A DNA stretch of 64,000 nucleotides from an uncultured Verrucomicrobiae bacterium (GCA_963788655.1 CAWBHS010000059.1:125104-189103), one strand, 5' to 3'. Positions 1-10,035 are shown, counted from the first letter of the stretch. Program-made: numbers and translations. The notes: a model not told the origin generated them from the letters alone.

Positions 1-1249
1 CCAGGAGCGCCACCACCATGATAACCTTGGCCTGCCCGCCGATGAAGCACGTCAACCGGCCCGGCCAACCTGAACGCCAATCGACCGGCGACACCGGAGG
101 CTGGGCGCCCGGTTTTGCTGCGGTGGGCAACGCCGGAAGGTAGGGTGCGGCCAGTTGCATCAAAGCGAGACCCGGCCCGAACGTCATAAAGAAGACCAAT
201 GCGAGCCCCAATGATCCGAGCAGACCAAATTCCTGAACCTGACGAACCTCGCTCAGCATCAGCGAACCCAATCCAGCCACGGTGGTAATGGCCGCAAAAG
301 CGCAGGACTTGAAGACCTGGTGCAACATCAGTTCAATGGCGGCCCGGCCCGTGGCGCCTTCACCCAGCGCCCGTTGAAATGCGGTATAAACGTGCGCCAG
401 CAAGGTCAGATGGACTCCCGTCAGCAACGGCAGCAACATCACGGAAAATACCGTCAGCGAAAAGCCAAGTCCTTGGACCAACCCCGGCAACATCAACAGC
501 ACGACCGCTTGGTTGGCCAGTACCAGAACCAGGTAGCGCCAGGATCGAAACGTGAACCACAGAATGATTGCCAGCAAGCTCAGCGCCGCTGGGAACATGA
601 GCTTCACATCCGAACGCAACGTGGCGCGGACTTCTTCTTCCACCAGCGGCAAGGCCAGCATTTGGAACCGCAAGCCTTCCTGGCGGAATGGACGCAGCAC
701 GCGGTCAATCTCCTGCCGCCAGGCTCGCTGCCGGGCGGGCGTGTCCAGGTCCCGCTGATACGTCACCAGAATGATCGTGTGCTTCGAATCCCCCGCCACC
801 ATCAAATTGCGCACGAGCGGATGCGTCAGCGAAAATGTCTTCAGCTTCTTGAGTTTCTCGGCGGACAGTGGTTTTTCCGGGACGAACGGCACCATGTCAA
901 AAGACAAGCCATGCCGCACCGGTATCGAGGAGTGCGTGAGGCTTTTCACGTCCGTCACGTCCGGTTCCTGCACGAAGGCATTGCTGACCCGGCGCACGGC
1001 GTCGAGGCCGGACGGCGAAAACACCTCTGGCACCTCCAGGCTCAGGACCAGGACCTCGACGTTGGTCAGCATCTGCCGGACTTTTTCATAACTCTCGAGG
1101 TTTCGCCGATCGCCGGCGAGCAAGACGCGCAGTTCTGAGCTGACGCGAAACCGGGCCAGTTGCCAGAGCAAAGGCAGACAGAGCACCGCCGCGACGATTA
1201 ATGAAGTCCGCGGAAATCGCAGAAATGGATTCCATCGATGGATTGCCAC
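1..1249 (-). CDS. MMPL/RND-family membrane transporter, 5' part (runs off left edge)
   Basis: Manual minus-strand translation from GTG at 1249 stays open to the window edge. It shows an N-terminal TM helix, a periplasmic loop and then a TM bundle with AAITTVAGFGSLMLSEVRQVQEFGLLGSLGL, typical of MMPL proteins. It is not in the ORF track because there is no stop in the window. Confidence 0.8.
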   Translation of the reverse strand, partial: MAIHRWNPFLRFPRTSLIVAAVLCLPLLWQLARFRVSSELRVLLAGDRRNLESYEKVRQMLTNVEVLVLSLEVPEVFSPSGLDAVRRVSNAFVQEPDVTDVKSLTHSSIPVRHGLSFDMVPFVPEKPLSAEKLKKLKTFSLTHPLVRNLMVAGDSKHTIILVTYQRDLDTPARQRAWRQEIDRVLRPFRQEGLRFQMLALPLVEEEVRATLRSDVKLMFPAALSLLAIILWFTFRSWRYLVLVLANQAVVLLMLPGLVQGLGFSLTVFSVMLLPLLTGVHLTLLAHVYTAFQRALGEGATGRAAIELMLHQVFKSCAFAAITTVAGLGSLMLSEVRQVQEFGLLGSLGLALVFFMTFGPGLALMQLAAPYLPALPTAAKPGAQPPVSPVDWRSGWPGRLTCFIGGQAKVIMVVALL

Positions 1250-1346
1250 TGTGGGGCAGGTGTACCGAATGCTTGGCGGCTTGTCAGTCCTGAAAGTCAA
1301 TCAGGACCTCCGTGCCCTTACTCAGGATGCGCGGCGGAAAAATGAT

Positions 1347-1373
1347 TTCGGTTTCCTGGAATTGGCGGCCATT
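1347..1373 (+). promoter_or_regulatory. possible ECF-type promoter upstream of the ECF sigma gene
   Basis: TTCGG (1347-1351), 16 nt, then GCCATT (1368-1373), about 30 nt before the ATG at 1403. ECF genes are often autoregulated. Assignment is inference. Confidence 0.3.
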
Positions 1374-1402
1374 TGTAGGTAGAAACTGAATAAGACTGAA
1401 CC

Positions 1403-3136
1403 ATGACTGATGCCTGTTGGTTGGAGAAGTATTTGGAAGACGGCTCGGAAGCCGCCTTTCGCTCCGTGGTCGAGCGACATTTGGACCTGGTCTATGCGAC
1501 AGCCTTTCGGCGCCTGGGCAATCAGACATTGGCAAAAGAAGCGGCGCAGGAGGTGTTCATCATGCTGGCACGGAAAGCCGGCACGCTGCGCGGGCGTGCC
1601 GATTTGTCGGGTTGGCTCTACAAAACCGCCTTGTTCAAGGCCAGGGAAATTGCTCGTGAGGAAGGGCGACGGGCCCGCCGCGAATCGCAAGCGATTTCGT
1701 TGGGCACCACCATGAAAGACGACGACTCACTCCTGAAATCGCTGGCCGGAGATTTGGACGAGGCGATGCTCGCCCTCCGGGAAAAGGACCGCCAAGCGCT
1801 GCTGCTCCGTTATTTCGAAGACAAAAGTCTCCGGGAGGTCGGCGAAGCTCTGGGCGTCGGCGAAGACGCCGCGCAAAAGCGGGTCGCGACCGCGCTGGAA
1901 TCGCTGGCGCGGTCCTTTCGCAAGCAAGGCTATGCAGTGGGTGGTGTCGGCGCCCTCGCCACCGTCATGCGGGGTGCGATACAGGCCGCTCCTTCGGGAT
2001 GGCTTGCGGTTATTTCCCAGACCGCCGTTAAGGAGGCCGTGGTCGGCGCCTCACTCGTCGGCGTGGGTGCGTTGCTCACCAAGCTGATGAGTTTCATCAA
2101 GGCGCACACGGCTGCCGTATGCCTGGCGCTCGCCGCAGTCCCGGCCCTCTGGCAATGGCAGGCGCTCGCCACGGCGCGTAATCAACAACAGGATTGGCGA
2201 AGCAGCATCGCAGCCGTCGAAACTCGCCTGGCCCAATTCGAAGCGGAAAACCAACAAGTCCAGCGCCGGCTGAACACGGCCCGTGATGTCGCGTCCCGGC
2301 TGCAAGCGGCCCTCTACCGGCGTCAATCCGGTCTTGCCAATCCGTATGTCGCGGCCACCGATAGCGATCTTTATCGTTGGTCTGAACAGTCGGAGTATGT
2401 GCGGGTGCCCAAAGCGGTCCTGGCCAAGATCGCATTGGTTGCAGTCCCACAAACGCCCAAGTATCAAAGGTCGTGGGAGGATGCGGAACGGCCGGCCCTG
2501 ACGAAAGACGGGACGATTTCGCCGACGTTGGTCGCGGCGCTCGATTTATCAACTGACCAGGTAAAGGGCTTGCAGGATTTCCTGGTGGTCTTCAAACGGG
2601 AATTCGAAGCGACGGCGCGGAAATACAGTGTTCTCACCAACGTGAGTTCGGACGCTCTGGGGTTCCCGCACACGCTGCTCACGCAGGATTCAAGTGGCCC
2701 TCCGGGCGAGCCCAAAACTCTTTACACGGCAGCCTTTCCCGCGGAAGGCGCCGTTCTGGAGCGGCAGTTTTATGAGACGCTGGAGACTCTCCTGGGATCG
2801 GAGCGCGCCGGCGTCTTCTGGCGTCAAGCCCAGCATGACTTGGTGTATCAGTTCAACCGCTTCGGCCAATCGCCGAAAGTCGTCACCCTGGTTCGTCTGC
2901 CTCCCGCCAAAACTCCGGATTCAGCCAACTTCTTTTCGAACAAACCCCACTACTATGTTCAGGGCCTAGTGGCTTCCAACGAAGCGGAATGGCTCGAAGG
3001 GGAAACACGCCACAGTCTCCTGTACACCAACCAACCGCCGGCCTGGGTGAACATGCAGCCGCACCGGCTATTGCCCCCGGAATTCCAAAGCTGGTGGTCG
3101 AATATTGACAATCCTCAATCCCTCAAACAGCCATGA
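1403..3136 (+). CDS. ECF RNA polymerase sigma-70 factor with C-terminal TM helix and extracytoplasmic extension
   Basis: Region 2 (VERHLDLVYATAFRRLG..AQEVF..LSGWLYKTA) and region 4 (DRQALLLRYFEDKSLREVGEALGVGEDAAQKRV), then an Ala-rich linker, a hydrophobic helix (AAVCLALAAVPALW), a coiled coil and a ~250 aa soluble domain. Confidence 0.9.
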   Translation: MTDACWLEKYLEDGSEAAFRSVVERHLDLVYATAFRRLGNQTLAKEAAQEVFIMLARKAGTLRGRADLSGWLYKTALFKAREIAREEGRRARRESQAISLGTTMKDDDSLLKSLAGDLDEAMLALREKDRQALLLRYFEDKSLREVGEALGVGEDAAQKRVATALESLARSFRKQGYAVGGVGALATVMRGAIQAAPSGWLAVISQTAVKEAVVGASLVGVGALLTKLMSFIKAHTAAVCLALAAVPALWQWQALATARNQQQDWRSSIAAVETRLAQFEAENQQVQRRLNTARDVASRLQAALYRRQSGLANPYVAATDSDLYRWSEQSEYVRVPKAVLAKIALVAVPQTPKYQRSWEDAERPALTKDGTISPTLVAALDLSTDQVKGLQDFLVVFKREFEATARKYSVLTNVSSDALGFPHTLLTQDSSGPPGEPKTLYTAAFPAEGAVLERQFYETLETLLGSERAGVFWRQAQHDLVYQFNRFGQSPKVVTLVRLPPAKTPDSANFFSNKPHYYVQGLVASNEAEWLEGETRHSLLYTNQPPAWVNMQPHRLLPPEFQSWWSNIDNPQSLKQP

Positions 3137-4026
3137 ACCGATTTTTTCTGCTGCTGGTTACGGCAACGGCCGCCACTATGCTGATGGTGCAGCATGCCTC
3201 ACTATCGGAAGCCCGAGCCCATGAACGGCAGTTGGCCCGTCAGGCAGAATCCGCGATGGGCTTCGTTCAAAGCGCCGAAGCGCAGGCTACCGCGCTCACC
3301 AATGATCTGGAATCCGTGTTGACCCTCTCCCGCGATCTGAAACAAGCGTTGGCGGAATGGGATGCCCAGCCTGAATTGGTGGCGGATCTTCCGGTATCGA
3401 TCGAACCGGGGCAGCGCTGGCCTTCGGACCAACCGTGGTGCTACCTGCCCAAACGGGATCTGCTTCGCTACGGATTCACCCCGATTACTCCCGCGGGCCG
3501 TTTGTCGGACCCAGCCGTGGTGATCTTCGGCATGTCCCCCACCCAGCGGGCCCGCGTTGAAGACGCGTATGCGGAGTGGAGGCGAGAACAGCAGGCCCTG
3601 GACCTCGCCTATATGAATTCCGTGACCATCCCGGACGCAAATCGCCAACCGGGTTATGAGATTCGGAGCTATGAATTGAACCTGTCCGCCGAGCCGATTG
3701 CCGAACCATTCAACGCGTTCGAGACGAGCGTTCGCGCCGCCCTCTCCGAAAAGCAAGGCAATCTCTTCTTGAAAGTCTGCGAAGCACAACGGTCGCGCGC
3801 GTCATACCGCAACTCCAATTCGGTCATCCGCCTGACCGCTAGCTTGGACCTCAGTTCGCCACGCCAGGATTACGAGTCGATCGAGGTCGAGCGTCGTCCG
3901 CTTCAAACGCGTGGGGATTTGCACGGCGCCAGCGGCATGCTCTGGCCCGAAGACGATGAGGATGCTTTGGCGTTTCACTATTTTGCCGACCTCATCCATG
4001 CTTACGAGGCAAGGCAGGTTCGGTAG
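3133..4026 (+). CDS. hypothetical membrane-anchored/secreted protein, homologous to the C-terminal domain of the upstream ECF sigma
   Basis: ATGA overlap with the sigma stop codon, N-terminal hydrophobic segment, coiled coil, and motif-by-motif similarity to sigma residues ~320-480 (see findings). Confidence 0.8.
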   Translation: MNRFFLLLVTATAATMLMVQHASLSEARAHERQLARQAESAMGFVQSAEAQATALTNDLESVLTLSRDLKQALAEWDAQPELVADLPVSIEPGQRWPSDQPWCYLPKRDLLRYGFTPITPAGRLSDPAVVIFGMSPTQRARVEDAYAEWRREQQALDLAYMNSVTIPDANRQPGYEIRSYELNLSAEPIAEPFNAFETSVRAALSEKQGNLFLKVCEAQRSRASYRNSNSVIRLTASLDLSSPRQDYESIEVERRPLQTRGDLHGASGMLWPEDDEDALAFHYFADLIHAYEARQVR

Positions 4027-4073
4027 GGTTTCGCCTGGCCAAGGATGAATGGTTACAGCCAAGCCCCGGTGCC

Positions 4074-5657
4074 CTAATCCAACGGCTTCTTCTCGAAGTC
4101 CGATTTGTTCACCCAGCCGGCGTTCAGTTTGTCGCCGCGCAGGTATTTCTCGTAGAAGTTCCGCTGGCCGGGATTGGCGTAGGGATATTGCTCGAAGATT
4201 TGTCCCTGACCGAACATTCGTGGATCCTGCTGTTGCTTGAGTTCGGCTACGAGTTGGTCCTCGAGTTTCTGCTTTTGGGCGAGGTAATCGGTGTGTTCGG
4301 CTAGGTTGTTGAGGCAATCCGGATCGTGGCGGAGATCATAGAGTTCCTCCGGCGGCCGTTTGCCGAAGCAGAGGGCCCAATATTGATCACTCGGATTCTG
4401 GCGATGGGCGTTCAGGATTTCGGTTTTGGTGGCACCGCCGTCGCAATTCAAGTAGCCCGTTTCCGGGTTGCCGGCCGGCCAGCGGTCGGTTTCATAGTTG
4501 CGCACGTAGAGCATGCCCGCTTTGAAAATGCCGCGGATGGGATAGCCCCAATCGTGCGGGCGGCCAATGTCGTGGCGTTCTTTGGCGATGAGCACATGGT
4601 CGCGGGTGACGTCGATCCGACCGGATTCTTCCGAGTACAGCAAGTCCGTCAGGCTGTGCCCTGGTGAAGGCGCCATGCCGGTTTGGTCCCAGGTCAAAGC
4701 GGCCAGTTCGATGAACGTGGGCGCCAAGTCCACGAAGCTGACGTAATCCTCCACCGTGCGGCCCGGTTTGGGGATGCCGTGTTGCCACATGATTGCCAGC
4801 GGGACATGGTTCGAGTTCTCGTAACCCTGGCCTTTGCAGCGCGGAAAAGGCATGCCGTGGTCGGAGGTGGCCACGACAATGGTGTTGGCCAACTCACCGC
4901 GTTGTTCCAGCAGTGCGAGCATGCGCAGCAAGTGATGATCATAGTGTTCGACTTCAAAGGCATAATCGAGCAGGTCGTTGCGCACGACTTCGTTGTCCGG
5001 CCAGTAACCGGGTACGCGCGGGATGTCGCTGAGGTGCTTGCCGCCTTTGGCCACGCCGGAACCGTATTCGTAACCGCGATGCGGCTCGACCGCGCCGTAC
5101 CAGAAACACCACGGTTGGCCTTTGGGCGCCGCCTTCAGGAAATCCGCAAAGTTGCCGGCGTAATCATTGTTGCTGATACCGCGAGCCGGCGGGGGCGCTT
5201 TGCGCTGGTTGAACGGTTGGCCGGCCATTTGCCGGGGTTTGCCCAATGCGTTGGTGGCCACGCCGGGCGCCCACCCTTTGCAGGTGACGCCCACAAAATA
5301 ACCGTGTTCGCCGAGTGCTTCCGCATAGGTTTTGAACTCCGGCGGAAAGTAAGGAACATGATTGGCCGCGGCCTTGAGTTGCCAGGAATTGCGTCCGGTG
5401 AGGATGCACGCCCGCGACGGCGCGCACTTGGCATTGGGCGTGTAGGCATGGTTGAACAGAACGCCTTCCCGCGCCACCCGGTCGAACGCCGGAGTTTTCA
5501 CCCACGGACACCCATACGCGCCCGCGTGTCCGTAAGACCAGTCATCCGCGATGGCAAAGAGGATATTCGGTCGTGGCGACGCAGTTTCCGCAGCCCCAAC
5601 ATTTGGGAACCCGGAACTGAGCATGGCCAAAACAGAAACGAGGGTTTGTTTTGTCAT
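4074..5657 (-). CDS. sulfatase (S1 family, Cys-type; N-sulfoglucosamine sulfohydrolase-like)
   Basis: Signal peptide, [11 protein letters not shown], formylglycine motif [16 protein letters not shown] and EELYDL..DP...NNLA. Confidence 0.95.
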   Translation of the reverse strand: MTKQTLVSVLAMLSSGFPNVGAAETASPRPNILFAIADDWSYGHAGAYGCPWVKTPAFDRVAREGVLFNHAYTPNAKCAPSRACILTGRNSWQLKAAANHVPYFPPEFKTYAEALGEHGYFVGVTCKGWAPGVATNALGKPRQMAGQPFNQRKAPPPARGISNNDYAGNFADFLKAAPKGQPWCFWYGAVEPHRGYEYGSGVAKGGKHLSDIPRVPGYWPDNEVVRNDLLDYAFEVEHYDHHLLRMLALLEQRGELANTIVVATSDHGMPFPRCKGQGYENSNHVPLAIMWQHGIPKPGRTVEDYVSFVDLAPTFIELAALTWDQTGMAPSPGHSLTDLLYSEESGRIDVTRDHVLIAKERHDIGRPHDWGYPIRGIFKAGMLYVRNYETDRWPAGNPETGYLNCDGGATKTEILNAHRQNPSDQYWALCFGKRPPEELYDLRHDPDCLNNLAEHTDYLAQKQKLEDQLVAELKQQQDPRMFGQGQIFEQYPYANPGQRNFYEKYLRGDKLNAGWVNKSDFEKKPLD

Positions 5658-5995
5658 GTCGATGTATGCGTTTGTGTTTCAAATCGTGTTCTGCAACTCA
5701 CCGGAGCCCTGCGAAGGCCGGAACGCTGGACGACTACGGTTTCTAAGCCACAACTATTCAATGGGCAAGGATCGCTCGCCGCGCCGAAGCTGTTTACCCC
5801 AAAATTCGATAACAGCGGACAGCGAAACCTCACCTCAGGTGAAACCAAACAAACCGCCAGCGACGTGCCTCGGCGAGCGGAGGCACACTGTTTGTTGTTG
5901 TGCTTGATAGGGCGCCATTGCTCGCGATTGATTTGGATGGGTGGACTCAATTCCGGAAAACGTCCCACTTCAGCCAGAACCACGAGACCCAGTCT

Positions 5996-6883
5996 TTAGC
6001 AGAGCGCGTAGGTTGGTTTATCGCCTAAGCGCTTTGCTTTCCACCGGCCATAGTTCACCATAGTTGAGTCCAAATACACCGAGCCATCGCGCAGCTTGGT
6101 GGTGCCGACCAGCGTAGTGTTATAAGTCTCGGTCCGTCGGCTGCCGGTGACCGCATTCACTTTGCTTCCCACGTACGTCCAGTCGGGTTGGGAGTGAGTA
6201 TGACCATTCAGCACGGCACACATGATATGGGCAAATTTAATGTGGTGGGTTTCTCGATCGATTCGGTAGCAGGCGACCAAGTGCCATCCGGAATGCCCAT
6301 TATGACTTTCTCCGCCTTTTCCAATTTGAATCGTCGATTTGATTTCCAACCCGGTGGGCTTGCCTTGTTTCGAAACCGTTGGATTGATCAAATCGGGGTA
6401 GGCTTGATCGGAATTATGTTTGTAAGGAGAATAGTCGTGCAGGGCGTCGCAAAAAATATTCGAAACTAAGCCGCTGAAATTGTTGCCTTGTATGTATTCG
6501 TACAGCGGCTTGGCTCCATTCGAAAGAAGATTACTGTTAAGGACTGCCAAAATGAGGTGGGTTGCGTTCATCGCCGCTTCTAAATGGGAAATGTTCAGGC
6601 CGGGTGGCAGCGGAGCTTGCGAACGAAAATATTCTTTGTTAATCGTTGGAATCGGCGTTGTCGCCTTCTCAGCAAAGGCGCCCGAAACCAACAGTGGCAA
6701 CGGACAGGCCAGCGCTTTTCCTATCGATTCCAGCACGTCGATGGAGAAGTTCGCTCGCCCATTTTCCAAGCCGGAAAGATACTGGTAGGTAATTCCGATT
6801 TTGCGAGACAATTGTTCCTGCGTGAGGTTTGCCCGTTCGCGCAGTTTGCGGACGTAGCGGCCTAAAATGGTTTTCGCGTGCAT
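5996..6883 (-). CDS. XRE/Cro-C1 HTH fused to PD-(D/E)xK nuclease (putative type II restriction endonuclease with controller-like domain)
   Basis: Likely start ATG 6883 (MHAKTILG). HTH: VRKLRERANLTQEQLSRKIGITYQYLSGLENGRANFS. Catalytic-like YPDL...GLEIKS. Divergent from a DNA methyltransferase and AT-richer than its neighbours. Confidence 0.8.
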   Translation of the reverse strand: MHAKTILGRYVRKLRERANLTQEQLSRKIGITYQYLSGLENGRANFSIDVLESIGKALACPLPLLVSGAFAEKATTPIPTINKEYFRSQAPLPPGLNISHLEAAMNATHLILAVLNSNLLSNGAKPLYEYIQGNNFSGLVSNIFCDALHDYSPYKHNSDQAYPDLINPTVSKQGKPTGLEIKSTIQIGKGGESHNGHSGWHLVACYRIDRETHHIKFAHIMCAVLNGHTHSQPDWTYVGSKVNAVTGSRRTETYNTTLVGTTKLRDGSVYLDSTMVNYGRWKAKRLGDKPTYALC

Positions 6884-6933
6884 TTGAACCCCAGTTGATA
6901 CACAATTCGCCCGTGCCTGTCTTTCGCCTATAG

Positions 6934-7902
6934 TTGAAATTGACCGCCGTGTACCGCATCGAACATAAAGACTGCTTCGAATGGTTGCGCCAATGTCCGC
7001 CCCATTCCTTCCACGCCGTTTGCACCGATCCACCTTATGGCATTCTGGAATTCACGGAGAAGGAACTGACCAAGATGCGTGCTGGCCGCGGCGGTGTGTG
7101 GCGCCTGCCGCCCAAAGTCGGGGGCAGCCATCGTGATCCATTGCCACGTTTTACTGTCCTCACGGACGCGCAGAAACAGCACCTCCGCGATTACTTTCGC
7201 GACTGGGGCAGACTTTTGGTGCGGGTGCTGGTGCCCGGAGCACACGTTTGCGTCGCTGGTCATCCGGTTCTGCAACATCATGTCCAAGGGGCCATGGCCG
7301 AAGCCGGATTCGAAGTGCGCCCTGCCATCGCTCGTCTATACTACGGCTTCCGCGGTGGCGACCGGCCGAAAAATGCTGAAGCCGAATTTCCTGAAGTCTG
7401 CGTCAACCCGAAAGGGGCGTACGAGCCTTGGATGCTCTTTCGCAAACCGATTGACTCAAAAACCGTGGCCGAAAACCTGCGGCGCTGGCGGACGGGTGGA
7501 TTGCGGCGCCTTTCGCGAGACAAACCATTGCCGGACGCGATCCCAAGTGGGCGGACTCCCAAATGTGAAGAGGCGCTTTCGGACCATCCCTGCCTGAAAC
7601 CCCAGCACTTCATGCGGATCATCGTGCGTTCGCTCTTGCCCCTCGGCGAAGGAACACTTCTCGATCCGTTCATGGGATCGGGTTCAACCATCGCGGCGGC
7701 TGAAGCCGTAGGTTACACGTCCACCGGTTTGGAACTTGATGCGGAGTATTTTCGTCTTGCGGAGATGGCCATTCCGCGTCTCGCCTCGCTTTACCCTCAA
7801 TTCAAAGGACAGCAAATCAACGTCGAACTGAATGGACAGGTAGAACGGAAACTGCCGGAAAGCCAGTTGGCTTTGGTGCTTGCCGAGATGCCGCCAGCCT
7901 AA
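6934..7902 (+). CDS. site-specific DNA amino-methyltransferase (N6-A/N4-C), beta class
   Basis: Motif IV TDPPY near the N-terminus, then HPCLKP and motif I LDPFMGSGST near the C-terminus (beta order). The start may be GTG 6949. Confidence 0.93.
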   Translation: MKLTAVYRIEHKDCFEWLRQCPPHSFHAVCTDPPYGILEFTEKELTKMRAGRGGVWRLPPKVGGSHRDPLPRFTVLTDAQKQHLRDYFRDWGRLLVRVLVPGAHVCVAGHPVLQHHVQGAMAEAGFEVRPAIARLYYGFRGGDRPKNAEAEFPEVCVNPKGAYEPWMLFRKPIDSKTVAENLRRWRTGGLRRLSRDKPLPDAIPSGRTPKCEEALSDHPCLKPQHFMRIIVRSLLPLGEGTLLDPFMGSGSTIAAAEAVGYTSTGLELDAEYFRLAEMAIPRLASLYPQFKGQQINVELNGQVERKLPESQLALVLAEMPPA

Positions 7903-8235
7903 TTCCCCTCGGAACGCATCAGCATTCGCGCCGGGCGAAAATCGCGCCAATAACGTTAAGGGCTGGTTGGATTCACTCCTATCCGCAACCGTAAGCCTTG
8001 GTGCTGCTTCCCAACCAGCGAACACCGTTTGCCGATAAATTCTGGAGTAGCTTGGGTGCCTTCCGGTATTCGGCCCTGAGCGACAGTTGGGCCGCTCCGA
8101 GCGAACTTCACCGATAGCAGTTGGCCGAACGCCAAGTCCGAAGCCTGGCAATCAATGTGGCGCTCGGCGTTGGAATTTGCCGGTCAAGCGATTGGCTTGC
8201 TCCGCACCCTTCGTTAGCGTATCAGCGAAAACGAC

Positions 8236-8445
8236 ATGGGTGTCACGCTGGAACAAATTGAACGCGAAGCCATGACGCTGCCCGACCAGGACCGTGTTCG
8301 GTTGGCAGACAAATTGTGGGAGAGCGTGGCCGGTCGTCGCGGTTTGGAGGTGATCATGACTTCCGAACTGGAACGATTGCTTGACGAAGGATTGGAAAAC
8401 CTCGGCCAAGGCCGAACCACGGACGAATTGCGCGAGCGAAAATGA
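8236..8445 (+). CDS. addiction-module antitoxin component (TIGR02574-like)
   Basis: 69 aa with TLEQIEREAMTLPDQDRVRLADKLWESV, the pattern typical of this family. An ATGA-coupled ParE-like start follows. Confidence 0.8.
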   Translation: MGVTLEQIEREAMTLPDQDRVRLADKLWESVAGRRGLEVIMTSELERLLDEGLENLGQGRTTDELRERK

Positions 8446-8525
8446 GCAAAGCCACGCTCAGTCCCAAGGCCGAGCGTGATTTGGATCCTAACACTGCTTC
8501 AACTCCGATCATCGGAAAGACCTGA
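8442..8525 (+). pseudogene. truncated RelE/ParE-family toxin (N-terminal 27 codons only)
   Basis: The ATG overlaps the antitoxin stop. It reads MSKATLSPKAERDLD (ParE N-terminal LSxxAxxDL motif), then diverges and stops at 8523-8525. Confidence 0.65.
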
Positions 8526-8736
8526 GCCCCTTTTCGCTTCATCACCCATCCGACTTTCTCATGACCGAGCGCTTTGCGTTTCGAGGCTCCACCACCGCCG
8601 TTGTCCGCAGAAGTTCCCCGAAAAGTAGTGTTGGCAATTTCCCTGCGGTTTTTGGCAATATCCCCGCGGAACCCGGTGGCCGCAGTCTTGCAGGGCAGGT
8701 TTCCCGTCAGAAGCAATCAACAAAACGCGCACGTTT

Positions 8737-10005
8737 ATGAGTCAGATAAAGAATATCGAATCCGCCTACAAACTCGCCCGGCAACGGTATGCCGACCTCG
8801 GTGTCAACACGGACACTGCCCTGCGAAAGCTCGCCGCCGTCTCCATTTCCATGCACTGCTGGCAGGGAGACGACGTAGGCGGCTTTGAAAATGTGGGCGG
8901 CGCTTTGGGCGACGGCCTCGCGGTCACCGGCAATTATCCGGGCAAGGCCCGTACGCCGCAGGAACTGCGCGGTGATTTTGAGAAGGCCACGTCGCTCATC
9001 CCCGGCACGCACCGGTTCAACCTTCACGCCTCGTACGCCGAGATGAAGGGCAAGCAGGTGGACCGCGACGAGTTGAGCCCCGCCCAGTTCAAGAATTGGA
9101 TTGCCTGGGCCAAGTCGCTTGGCATCGGACTGGATTTCAATCAAACCTATTTCTCCCACCCGAAGGTCGATCGCGGACTCACGCTCGCCCATCCCAACAA
9201 AGGCATCCGCCAGTTCTGGATCGAACACGGCATTCGTTCCCGGGAAATCGGCGCCGCCATCGGTCGCGCGCTCGGCAAGACGTGCCTGACCAACCTGTGG
9301 ATTCCGGACGGCATGAAGGACACGCCCGCCGACCGCCGCGGTCCCCGCGAACGCTTACTGGAAGCGCTGGACGCCATATTTGCCAAGAAGATCAGCCCCA
9401 AGTTCAACGTCGATTCGGTCGAGCCGAAATTGTTTGGGATTGGCGCCGAGAGTTACACCGTGGGTTCCCACGAGTTCTACCTGGGCTACGCGGTCAGCCG
9501 CAAGACGCTGCTCACGCTGGACGCCGGCCATTACCATCCGACTGAAGGCATTGCCGACAAGATTTCGTCGGTGATGTGCTACCTGCCGGAAATTGCGCTG
9601 CACGTCAGTCGCGGGGTGCGCTGGGATAGTGATCACGTTGTCACGCTGACGGACGAGTTGCAGGCCATCGCCCAGGAAATTGTCTGGGGCGATTATCTCG
9701 GCCGGATCCGGATCGGGCTCGATTATTTCGACGCCAGCATCAACCGCGTGGCCGCATGGGTCATCGGTACGCGTAACATGCTCAAGGCGCTACTCCTGGC
9801 ATTACTGGCGCCAATCAACCGCCTGCGATCCGCCGAGCGAACCGGCGACTATACCTCGCGGCTCGCGTTGATGGAGGACGCCAAGATGCTGCCGTTCGGC
9901 GCGGTCTGGGACTACCACTGCCAGCGCATGGATGTGCCGGCCGCCGAAACTTGGTTGGCGGACGTTCAGCAATACGAGAAAGACGTCCTCCGCAAACGTC
10001 AATAA
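8737..10005 (+). CDS. rhaA: L-rhamnose isomerase
   Basis: SMHCWQGDDVGGFE, TGNYPGKARTP, LWIPDGMKD, EPKLFGIGAESY, LDAGHYHPTE, HVSRGVRWDSDHV, GLDYFDASINR. Confidence 0.97.
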   Translation: MSQIKNIESAYKLARQRYADLGVNTDTALRKLAAVSISMHCWQGDDVGGFENVGGALGDGLAVTGNYPGKARTPQELRGDFEKATSLIPGTHRFNLHASYAEMKGKQVDRDELSPAQFKNWIAWAKSLGIGLDFNQTYFSHPKVDRGLTLAHPNKGIRQFWIEHGIRSREIGAAIGRALGKTCLTNLWIPDGMKDTPADRRGPRERLLEALDAIFAKKISPKFNVDSVEPKLFGIGAESYTVGSHEFYLGYAVSRKTLLTLDAGHYHPTEGIADKISSVMCYLPEIALHVSRGVRWDSDHVVTLTDELQAIAQEIVWGDYLGRIRIGLDYFDASINRVAAWVIGTRNMLKALLLALLAPINRLRSAERTGDYTSRLALMEDAKMLPFGAVWDYHCQRMDVPAAETWLADVQQYEKDVLRKRQ

Positions 10006-10035
10006 ATCACCTGTAACCCTGCTCAACTTTCATTT

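Noticed and set aside
320..1138. 272-aa plus-strand ORF and many other long ORFs in the track (e.g. 4683-5999, 33504-35081, 37511-38887, 43025-44455, 51096-52478)
   Set aside because: They are antisense or alternate-frame shadows of well-supported genes in GC-rich DNA, with no recognisable motifs.
5660..8730. att sites, target-site duplications or an integrase delimiting the defence islet
   Set aside because: No flanking direct repeats, tRNA end or recombinase could be seen by eye, so it is not called a mobile element.
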